From: Desulfatiglandales bacterium
Lineage (GTDB): Bacteria; Desulfobacterota; DSM-4660; Desulfatiglandales; Desulfatiglandaceae
NCBI GenBank assembly: GCA_963662465.1
Contig: OY759599.1
Location: forward strand, 1,632,001 to 1,696,000
DNA length: 64,000 nt
Direction: 5' to 3'
The notes below the pieces were generated by a model. The model was not told the DNA's origin. It saw nothing but the letters and a program-made list of their open reading frames with translations, and made no database searches. This document shows positions 50,754-59,264 of the stretch, one piece after another. The first letter of the stretch is position 1. Every line of letters starts with the position of its first letter. The position numbers were made by a program, and so were the translations under genes.

Positions 50754-51059
50754 TAAGTAATACCCCCTTCCCAATAAAACGATAGAGCCTTCTCTCTTAG
50801 GAGAGGTGAGTAGGATCATAGTAAATTGTACTCGCAAAAAGCTTGCCAACAAGCGAAGAAAGCTCAGGAATGTCTAATATGTCTGTAATAACAGTGGATT
50901 AAATTAACAGGATGGCGCAGCGGAAAAGTCTGGAATGATCGCTTTCCCTCAGCATACTGCAGTTCCACCAAACATTGAGGGCTAACCAATGATATCAACT
51001 TTCTTTATGCTTGCTATCATTTCCTACAATAAGTTGTTGCCCTGATATCTGTTTCACGT

Positions 51060-53930
51060 CTATTTGGCCCGAATGATCCCAGATCGTATGACAGTCTTGT
51101 CTTTGGCTGTGAATGTCCCCTTTATCTCAGTCACGCCGCCTTGGTTGTTGTTAAAGTCGGCATCATAGCCAAACTCGATATACAGGGTTTTTCCTGCATC
51201 TACGGTTGTATCGGCGGAAAGATTTCCTGCCACTTTTATCAAAGTGTCGCTCTTCACGGAACTTACGGCCTCACTGAGGGTTGAATAACAGGGATTATTG
51301 TCCCCGCACCCGTCAGCACTCACATATGCCATATCCTGATCCCTGTAGGTCGCTGTCACTATCACATTTGCCGCCGGCATGGTAATGGTTGTGGGGGTGC
51401 TGTTCATATCCGCCACGTGGGCCGTGTCTCCGGTCCACTGCTCAAAGACCTTGCCTGCCGCCGGATTATGAGCCGAAATATTCACTACTGTTCCTGCTTC
51501 ATACTGGCCGCTCCCCGTGCCATTCACAACGGTCAGAGCAAACTGTTTCTCCGGATCGTCCTTGTATGTGGCTGTCACCGTCACATCGGCCGCGGGCATG
51601 GTGACTGTGGTATTCGCGCTGTTGAAATCCGCGACAAAACCGGCGCCCCCGGTCCATTGGTCAAAGATCCGGCCCGCGGACGGGGCGTTGGCCGATATGT
51701 TTACCTCTGCTCCCGCTTCATACGGGCCGCTTCCCGTGCCATTCACCACATTCAGGGTGAAAAGTTCGACTACCGGGGCGCATTGTGAAAACTCGGAAGT
51801 GCTGTTATACGTCTGACCGCTGTATACGGCGGGTTGGGTGGCAGTGGCTGTGATGAAATGTCCCGGTGGAACTGCGACCGAAAACACCACATCAAAAGTG
51901 CCCTGCCCATCCAATTCCGTCTGGATCTCGGTGGCGCCCAGAAACGTTTCGCCTTCCCCGTACCCGGAACCATCGCAGGAAGGGTTGGCAAAAAATTCCA
52001 ACCGAAAACGACGGTCCGTCCCGAGGGAGCTGTTGAGTGATCCTTTGATTTTAGTGATGCTGCCGTCGCTCCCTGCTAAAGTCACGGTTGGAAAATTCTG
52101 AAGATCGTTTCCACCATTATCCGAATCATCCAGGTCATTTAAGGTAACGCCTCGTAATCCTCCCAGAATTTCAGGGATGGGCAACAGGTCTATTCCCAAT
52201 TGAGCATTTGCAAAAATGGCATTGCCCTTGATATCCCAGCCGTCGCCGCTGTCAACGAGTACACCTGCTTTGCCGTTGAAGGCGATGGTGTTTCCCTCTA
52301 TCAAACTGCCGGTGCCGTCTGCCGCATAGACACCGTCTGCGGAGTTGCCCAGGTCTCCTGAGCCGCCTTGGTCCGTCCCAATACGGTTGTTCTGGATCAC
52401 GTTGCCTTCCGTGCCTGCCCCTTCGATTCGCACCCCACAGCCGTCATTGCCCGATATGATGTTATCCTGGATCGTATTGTAGGCCACATCGCCGTCAAGA
52501 AGCACGCCCGAGCCGTTACCCAATTTCTTTGTCCCAGCAGGGTCCGTTCCGATGAAGTTGTTCTTGATTTGGTTGTTCTTGGGGCTGGGATCGGGGTTCC
52601 CTAAATCAGGCCCCCCACTGCCTGCACCCTCTATCCAAACGCCGGTCTCAGAATTGCCCGAAATCACGTTGGCCTCGACAATATTGTCCGAGTTGTTGAA
52701 AATGCGCACCCCAGCCTCTCCGTTGGGGAGCTTCTGGGTTCCGGCCTTGTTCGTACCAATGTAGTTGCTTTCAACACGATTTTTGCCGCTGACAGGTTCG
52801 CCTTGAGGCTCTCCGGAGATCTGGACGCCGTGCTTGCCATTGCCGGATATGATATTGTTCTTGATGCTGTTCTCGGATAGAAAAGAAAAAATGGTTACGC
52901 CGTTTTCGCCGTTAGGGACGGCCAAGGCGCCTGAGACGTCCGTGCCGATGGTGTTGTCTTCCACCCGGTTGGATGCCGACCCGTCGCCAATAATCACGCC
53001 ATGACCATTACCCGAGATGACGTTGTTGCGGATGACATTCTGAGCGGAATTTTCGATCCAGATGCCCACATCGTTGCCCATTGGGCCGTCACCCGCTGCA
53101 TTCGTGCCGACGTAACTGCCTTCAACCGTATTGCCGTCCCCCGTTTTCAGGATGATTCCCATCTCGGGAAAGCCGTTGATAACGAAACCTTTCACCGTGC
53201 TGGCGCCGGCGGTAATCACCAGACCATCGCCGTCGGCGCCGATGCCGGCCCCATTCAACTCGACCTTACCGCCTCCGGGCTGGGTGGCGCCGTCAATGAA
53301 CACGGGGTCGGTCACCTCCGGCAGGGGAGTGGCGGGCTGGATCTTGGGGACGCCCTCACCAGGAATGTCGAAGGTGATGGTGTCCTGCCCCGCCCTGGCG
53401 TTGGCTTCCTGGATCGCGGCCCGAAGGGTGCATTCGTTACCGCCATCCACGATGTTGCCCGTAAAACACATGTTGTCATTCGGATCGGCATCATCGTCGT
53501 CGCCCGTGGAATTGACCTGAAGTCCAAATGTTAAATAGTAGGTATGAGTCGTATAATAGCAGCAGCAGGCCTGCTCGACATTGTTCTGCCCGCACTCAAG
53601 ATAAAGCGAACCGTCAGGAAAATCCCCGGAAAGTGTAAGGACAGAATAGTCCACATAACAGGTGTTGAGATCGGTCTCTGTCACCCGGATTCCGTCTATC
53701 GTGTCATTCACTGAAAAAGACGTAGTTTTGGTTACGTGTCCTTCGCCTGGCACAGAATGAACATTGATCCAATTTCCGTCCTTCAGTTTCTGAAAAATAA
53801 CGGTGCTGCGGCAGTCATTACTCCAACCAACCCTGTAGGTGGCGTCAACGCTTCCAACCCACTTGGATGCATTTCCAATTGCCGGAACACACAGGAGAAC
53901 CAACCCCAGTAAAAAGGCCACTTGTCTCAT
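51060..53930 (-). CDS. Exported CSLREA-type parallel beta-helix protein with two InlB-B-like repeats and the shared C-terminal domain
   Basis: Signal peptide; VNSTGD..CTLRAAIQEAN; repeated N.IGT/NVISGN; QNFP..EFF..GEG..ITATAT..TSEFS; shared CTD. Confidence 0.88.
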   Translation of the reverse strand: MRQVAFLLGLVLLCVPAIGNASKWVGSVDATYRVGWSNDCRSTVIFQKLKDGNWINVHSVPGEGHVTKTTSFSVNDTIDGIRVTETDLNTCYVDYSVLTLSGDFPDGSLYLECGQNNVEQACCCYYTTHTYYLTFGLQVNSTGDDDDADPNDNMCFTGNIVDGGNECTLRAAIQEANARAGQDTITFDIPGEGVPKIQPATPLPEVTDPVFIDGATQPGGGKVELNGAGIGADGDGLVITAGASTVKGFVINGFPEMGIILKTGDGNTVEGSYVGTNAAGDGPMGNDVGIWIENSAQNVIRNNVISGNGHGVIIGDGSASNRVEDNTIGTDVSGALAVPNGENGVTIFSFLSENSIKNNIISGNGKHGVQISGEPQGEPVSGKNRVESNYIGTNKAGTQKLPNGEAGVRIFNNSDNIVEANVISGNSETGVWIEGAGSGGPDLGNPDPSPKNNQIKNNFIGTDPAGTKKLGNGSGVLLDGDVAYNTIQDNIISGNDGCGVRIEGAGTEGNVIQNNRIGTDQGGSGDLGNSADGVYAADGTGSLIEGNTIAFNGKAGVLVDSGDGWDIKGNAIFANAQLGIDLLPIPEILGGLRGVTLNDLDDSDNGGNDLQNFPTVTLAGSDGSITKIKGSLNSSLGTDRRFRLEFFANPSCDGSGYGEGETFLGATEIQTELDGQGTFDVVFSVAVPPGHFITATATQPAVYSGQTYNSTSEFSQCAPVVELFTLNVVNGTGSGPYEAGAEVNISANAPSAGRIFDQWTGGAGFVADFNSANTTVTMPAADVTVTATYKDDPEKQFALTVVNGTGSGQYEAGTVVNISAHNPAAGKVFEQWTGDTAHVADMNSTPTTITMPAANVIVTATYRDQDMAYVSADGCGDNNPCYSTLSEAVSSVKSDTLIKVAGNLSADTTVDAGKTLYIEFGYDADFNNNQGGVTEIKGTFTAKDKTVIRSGIIRAK

Positions 53931-54186
53931 TGGCAACCTCCTTATCGAAATGAATCACGGGCCGACTGTCCATAAAGACATACTTGATCTTCCGGCCGCT
54001 CTGATCAGAAGAACACAGGGTGAAAAAATCGCCGAATTTTTCGCTTTTGATGGTGGTTTCCATGGGTTAGATGTTGACAAAAATCATTTCATTTTGCAAG
54101 CAAAAATTCGAAAATTTTTTCTCAAGAATTTCAGAACGTTAAAAACCCAAAGACCCGAGACGCACACGTTTACTTGAGAAACCGCC

Positions 54187-54376
54187 ATGCAGTTATTTCA
54201 GATATTCTTCCTATGGAAAAGAGGCGCCTACACCAACGGGGAACTTGGAGACATCTTCGGTATTACCTATACGGTCGTCAGCCATATCGTGAAGCAGGTG
54301 AAAGAGAGGCTGAAAACAGATCAAAATTTTCAGGCGAAGTGCAAAACACTCAATTCACAAATCAAGATGATGACCC
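54187..54376 (+). pseudogene. C-terminal remnant of a RAYT/IS200-like transposase (HTH tail)
   Basis: YTNGELGDIFGITYTVVSH..LNSQIKM followed by tgacccc. Confidence 0.55.
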
Positions 54377-54439
54377 CATTTCCCGTTCGTTCTGGTCGGT
54401 CCATAATGCACTTCCGCGCGCCTGAACCTGAAAGCCCCC

Positions 54440-54931
54440 CTATTTCCCCCGCAGGGTCCCCGATCGAATAATGGTTTTGTCTTTCGCAACGAACTGGCCG
54501 TTGATTTCGGTGACACCGATGTTGGATTCAAAGGCGGAATCATACCCCCACTCAAAGTAGAGGGTTTTTCCGGTATCCACGGTGGCGCCCTCAAAACTTT
54601 CCGCAGCCACCTTGATGAGGGTATTGTCCACGGCATCGCTGATCGCTTCAGCCAGGGTGTGGTAGCACGGCGCATTCCCCCCGCAGTTCCCCGTACTCAC
54701 ATATGCGGTTGATGCGAGCGCCTGCGTCACGTCCCTTACAATCAGGTTTCCGCCCGCATCATAGCTGTATGCAATACTTTTGTCACCGCCGTAATCGGCT
54801 TTGGCCAGGCGGCCGGCATTGTCATAGGTATAGGTGATGTTCACAGCCTGGGCCGGAAGCGCCGCCAGCAGGCAGATGCCCATAAGCAGGCATGTGATGA
54901 TACATTTTGTTTTCATAATGATCGTCTCCAT
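54440..54931 (-). CDS. Small exported YD-hairpin protein with the shared C-terminal domain
   Basis: Signal peptide ending AQA; ITYTYDNAGRL..YSYDAGGNL; AYVSTGNCGGNAPCY...SGTLRGK. Confidence 0.85.
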   Translation of the reverse strand: METIIMKTKCIITCLLMGICLLAALPAQAVNITYTYDNAGRLAKADYGGDKSIAYSYDAGGNLIVRDVTQALASTAYVSTGNCGGNAPCYHTLAEAISDAVDNTLIKVAAESFEGATVDTGKTLYFEWGYDSAFESNIGVTEINGQFVAKDKTIIRSGTLRGK

Positions 54932-54956
54932 TTGATGGTCAATCGTTCGTTTTCGT

Positions 54957-57247
54957 TCATCTACCCTGCAATGCAGGCACCAGCCAATAGGTAACCGGTT
55001 TCCCGCAAATGGGTCGGAGCACCTGCTCGAGCATCTCTATGCGTTTCTTCCGCTTTTCATCCTCATCCACCTCACGGTGCACAGCCGCTATTTGGGCATC
55101 CATTTCCATGTCCTTGTGAATGTCTTGCAAAATATCGGCGTGAAAGCCGCTGTAAGTCGGAGGGAATCCGTTTTGAGCCAGTCCAGCTAATATTTGCCTG
55201 CGAATTTTCTTCTTTTCTTCTTTCCACTTATTGTACTCTTCTTCTCGCTTTCTTTTCGCTTCTTCTTGCTTGATGAGCTTGTTACGGGCTCTTTTCACCA
55301 GTTCTCTGAGAGTTCTGGCCTCGGTCACCAGATCCTCGGGGTGCACTGAAGACGTAATTCCAATAAAGGCCTTCGGATTCGCTATGATTTCCGCTGCAAT
55401 TTCATCCATCTCGACCAGTCTCTCTGCGTCTGCCCACTCTTGAAAACCGGCGTCACTACCGTAACCATCTATCGGTTCTATGGGCGACCTCATGCCTTGG
55501 GGCAAACATTCCTTCCAGACATCCATACCACGACCAAAATACCCTTCGCTGATGACAACGGAAACATCCAGCCCATCGGCATCCAGGAGATTGACCGGAT
55601 CGGAGTAGGCGTAGTTGTACACATTGAGGCCTGCCGGGTTGGTCAAATCCGGCCACTCCGGCTCAGGCGAAATGAAATGACCGCTCTCGGGGTGCTAGAA
55701 GCGGGCGCCATGGCGATAGAGGCTGTCCACACCCAAAACCGCGTGGCACCCGAGTTGTCCCAGGAATTGAAATGGCGGCGTTTCGGTCCCTCCGGGTTGA
55801 CCATTCGGCCGTATGGCGTGTAGCCGAAGCGCCCGGTAACGGCACCGTCTCCGTCGGTGGTAGCCACAGTGGAGCCCCGCTGATCGAAATGGTAATACAC
55901 CGCTTCGCTGGTTCCGGCAGTGGGGATGCGAATAGAATAGATAAGCCCCCATCCCGGGGCCACGGCCTGAATCCACTGTTGTCGGCCCTCGGTGATTTGC
56001 AGGGGCAATTGTGTGCTGATGGCGGTGCAGTAGGCATAGGAGACGGTTTCTCCGGACAGGGTGGTCTCTACAAGACGGTTCAGGCCGTTATAGCGGTTTA
56101 CTGCATCGTTGATGCCCGTGAGGTGCGAAAGCCCGTTCCATGTACAGGTCAGGGAAGGGGCCTTGGTCATTCGTCCTCGAAGGTCCATAGCCGTAATCCG
56201 CCCCGGCCACCTGACTCATGGCGTTATACGGGAGAGTCTGCCGGTTTTCCGTAAGGGTATCAACCACATCCACGGGCAAATCGCCCGTTACGGAGGTGAT
56301 CCGTCCGATCGCGTCGAAAGTATAATTTACGTCAGTGAAGTCACCGTCCTGAATGGAGGTGCGTTTGCCGGACCCCTCATTGTCCCAGACGAAAGTGCTC
56401 TTTACGTCGTTCTTGCGGGTGATTTGGGTGATTCGGCCGGCGGCGTCGTAGCTGAAGCCGGCGGATCCCAGGCCCAGGGAATCGGTCATTGAAGCCAGAT
56501 AACCTGTGTCGGGGTCATAGGTGTAGATGAAGGTGATGTTATCGTTGGCGTCCGTCTGTTTTACGACCACGGGAATGAACATGCTGCCGCCGGTGCCGTG
56601 AACCTGCACACTGTCGTACTCCGATGTGTAGGGAATGGTTCCCCGGGGAGTGGTCATGGCGGTGAGGCGGTTGCTGCCGTCATAGGCAAATGTGGCAGCG
56701 TTGCCTTCGGGGTTGACCATGGATGTGAGATATCCGCCGGTGTAGGAAAATGTCCAGGACAGCGCCGGCGTGGTGTCCGTCGTAATGGCGGTCACCACCT
56801 ATTTATCGCTCACTTTCTGCATGGTAAAATCGATCTTTTGGCCGGAGGAACTCTCAATAGAAACCAGTCCGGGAAAGGACTTGCCGGCAAATGCGTTGTA
56901 GGTATAAGTCAGCGAGTTGCCGGCGCGATCCATTTTCTTGCGACACAGGTACAAAAAGTCGTTGTAGTTCTCAAAATAGAAAACCGTATTGTCCGCGGGA
57001 TTTTTCAAAAAAAAGTGATCCCCCGCAGCCTTGAGCTCATAGGGCCAGGCAGATAGAACAGGGGAAGGGTCATCAACTCCTCTCCGGTGGCGGCGGACAC
57101 CGGGTCTCCCACTTTGGGGGTCTTGTCCGGCTGGTGGTTGAGACCGTCAGCGGTGTTGCACATCCCGCTTGAGGCGAAACCCAGAATCAACATCAGGATC
57201 AACCAGCGGGTGAACAGGGCAGGGTTTGCAAATTTGCGAATTTTCAT
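54957..57247 (-). pseudogene. Degraded Sec-signal Rhs gene (several frameshifts and deletions)
   Basis: Collinear fragments: signal plus GDPVSAATGE; YD repeats; YYHFDQRGS..YTPYG; NVYNYAYSDPVNLLDADG plus a distinct C-terminal region. Confidence 0.85.
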
Positions 57248-57350
57248 GGTTAGCCTCATACAACCTCCATTGATTACAAGAACATATAAACAATCATAAC
57301 CTTTTGGATCTGACAATTTTTAGGCCTACCACAAAAAAACAACTGAGTGC

Positions 57351-57370
57351 AACTATCGGATTCAACAGGC
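57351..57370. promoter_or_regulatory. lux-box-like operator upstream of the second rhs
   Basis: AACTATCGGATTCAACAGGC has the CT-N12-AG core and 13/20 identity to the canonical lux box ACCTGTAGGATCGTACAGGT. Confidence 0.6.
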
Positions 57371-57391
57371 AAGGGAGGATTGGAGGAAGCG

Positions 57392-58168
57392 TTAGTCAAA
57401 GGGATTGGCGGGAATAAGTCCGTGAGCAATGGCCAGGGCCACGGCATGGGTGGTGTTTACGGTGTCGAGCTTGGCGCTCGAATTCTTGAAGTGAAAGCGC
57501 ACCGTACTCTCGCTTATGGAAAGAATCATGGCAATTTCAGCGGCAGTTTTGCCCTGGGCCGCCCAGAGCAGGCATTCACATTCCCGAAGGGATAACTCTA
57601 TTCGAATTGTCTTGTGCACCAGCGCTTTCCAGCGTTCATGAAAAAATACGGCTCCGGCGTACGCGGTATTCGTCACCAAGGCCAATTGCATGTGCAGTTT
57701 TATCGGATTGTGATACCGCGACATCAGGATCAGGCCGCAGCGACGATCCGGCGTGTCCAAAGCGCAGATGAGAGAATAAGCCACGGAAGGGTCATCCAGA
57801 ACCTCCTCCGGTCGTCCCGGAGGGGGCTTGCCGGTGACGGATTTAAAGGCTTCATAGGGCGTGAAAGGCCCCTGATCGCCCGTAACCAACCGAATCAATA
57901 TAGGGTTTCCTCCAAAAATGCGGCTTTTGATCAGGCCGGCCAGGGCCTTTTGATCCGTGCAATGCAGCAACACGCTTTCAAAAAACCTGCCTACATCCGG
58001 TCGCTTGTGGGGTATGCTGGGAATGGAGGTATAGATGAAGCCCTTGAAATGCAAGTTTTCCAAGAAATCCGAAAATTCCCGGCAAAGCCCGGCCATATCA
58101 GAGGCCTTCACAGCCCGCTGAATAAGGTCATTTAAAATGCGTTCTTTTCTTATTTTGATGCGTATCAT
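57392..58168 (-). CDS. LuxR-family regulator with degenerate autoinducer-binding domain (LuxR solo)
   Basis: LSLRECECLLWAAQGKTAAEIA.IL.ISE.TVRFH; N-domain has NP where AHL receptors have DP. Confidence 0.85.
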   Translation of the reverse strand: MIRIKIRKERILNDLIQRAVKASDMAGLCREFSDFLENLHFKGFIYTSIPSIPHKRPDVGRFFESVLLHCTDQKALAGLIKSRIFGGNPILIRLVTGDQGPFTPYEAFKSVTGKPPPGRPEEVLDDPSVAYSLICALDTPDRRCGLILMSRYHNPIKLHMQLALVTNTAYAGAVFFHERWKALVHKTIRIELSLRECECLLWAAQGKTAAEIAMILSISESTVRFHFKNSSAKLDTVNTTHAVALAIAHGLIPANPFD

Positions 58169-58356
58169 GAGAGAACCTTGAATAGGATCGTTGTTTGTCA
58201 GCTGTATTGAACATTGTAGGTTGACGACTGGCTCGATCCATTTTTATTTCATCCCTGCTTCCAGTGAAAAGGTCCCGCATTTTTGCCAAAAGCCTGGGAA
58301 ATGTCAAGAGGACAACGGGGGAAGAGCATGCTAAACAGTCCACTTGGGAGGAAGAG

Positions 58357-58642
58357 ATGGCGAGACCCTGGAGAATTCAGTATGCGGGCGCCTATTACCA
58401 CGTGCTTGCGCGAGGAAACGAAGGGCGCAATATCTTCCGTGGCGATGAAGACCGGAAGATGTTTTTGGAAACACCGGGCGAGACCTGCGATCGCTTTGAT
58501 GTTGAAATATATGCATTTGTGCTCATGAGCAACCACTGTCATCTTTTGCTTCAAACCAGGTCTGCCAATCTGTCCAGAACCATACAATGGTTCGGGGTCA
58601 CCTACAAAGGTGACACGCCCCACCGTGAGATTCCCCAACAGA
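58357..58642 (+). pseudogene. N-terminal remnant of a RAYT (Y1/HUH) transposase
   Basis: MARPWRIQYAGAYYHVLARGN..IF..D..YAFVLMSNHCHLL, then truncated. Confidence 0.8.
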
Positions 58643-58660
58643 GGGGGGTCGTGGGAAAAT

Positions 58661-58984
58661 TGGGCTTTAATCTTCCCGCAGGCCTCCACTCCGTCCATAC
58701 CCGGGAGCTGGACCTTTATAAGTACGAGGTCCGGGGCCAGGTCCTCCGCAAAGGCCACGGCGTCCGGACCGTTTGCGGCCATGCCCACGACAACGGCCAT
58801 TCAGTTCTCTTCCAGGTGGGCCTTCAGGACACGCCGAAAAAGGGGGGAATCATCAGCGATGAGGGTGCGGATACGGTGCATGTTGGATAAGGCCTTCCAA
58901 ATTGAAGTTGATGCGTCAGGACTCAATTGCCGAGCTGGATCATTTCAATCCCGGGCAGGAATGTCAATCGGGTGAATCCTGTAT
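58661..58984 (-). pseudogene. Second copy of the promoter plus receiver-only gene (internal stop, 3' truncated)
   Basis: Near-identical to 47218-47541; TGC to TGA change before MAVVV. Confidence 0.85.
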
Positions 58985-58993
58985 TAAGGAGAA

Positions 58994-59119
58994 ATGACCA
59001 GCATGAACTATGCAATCACCGATGGCAGGTGTTATGATCCTCAGGCCAATAGCTGGACCCCGATCGTGCCCAACAATGCCTGGCCCAGTCCCCGTATCGA
59101 TTACAGCAAGCGAGCCTGA
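58994..59119 (+). pseudogene. Single Kelch-repeat remnant or 41-aa ORF
   Basis: AAGGAG RBS; MTSMNYAITDGRCYDPQANSWTPIVPNNAWPSPRIDYSKRA*. Confidence 0.4.
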
Positions 59120-59264
59120 AGGCGCACCTGCCACACCTTTCATAGATCATGCAAAATCATTGCATTCACCCCTTAAATTCAGATGTTGCCTGATCGGCAT
59201 GATGTTTCAATGTTATCCGAGCATTGACCGGACAACCGCGTCCCCCGGTCTCCCTGTCCCAAAA

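Noticed and set aside
58249..58890. ORF-track proteins of 183 aa (-) and 208 aa (+)
   Set aside because: Chimeric read-throughs across the junction between the RAYT remnant and the receiver pseudogene, not real genes
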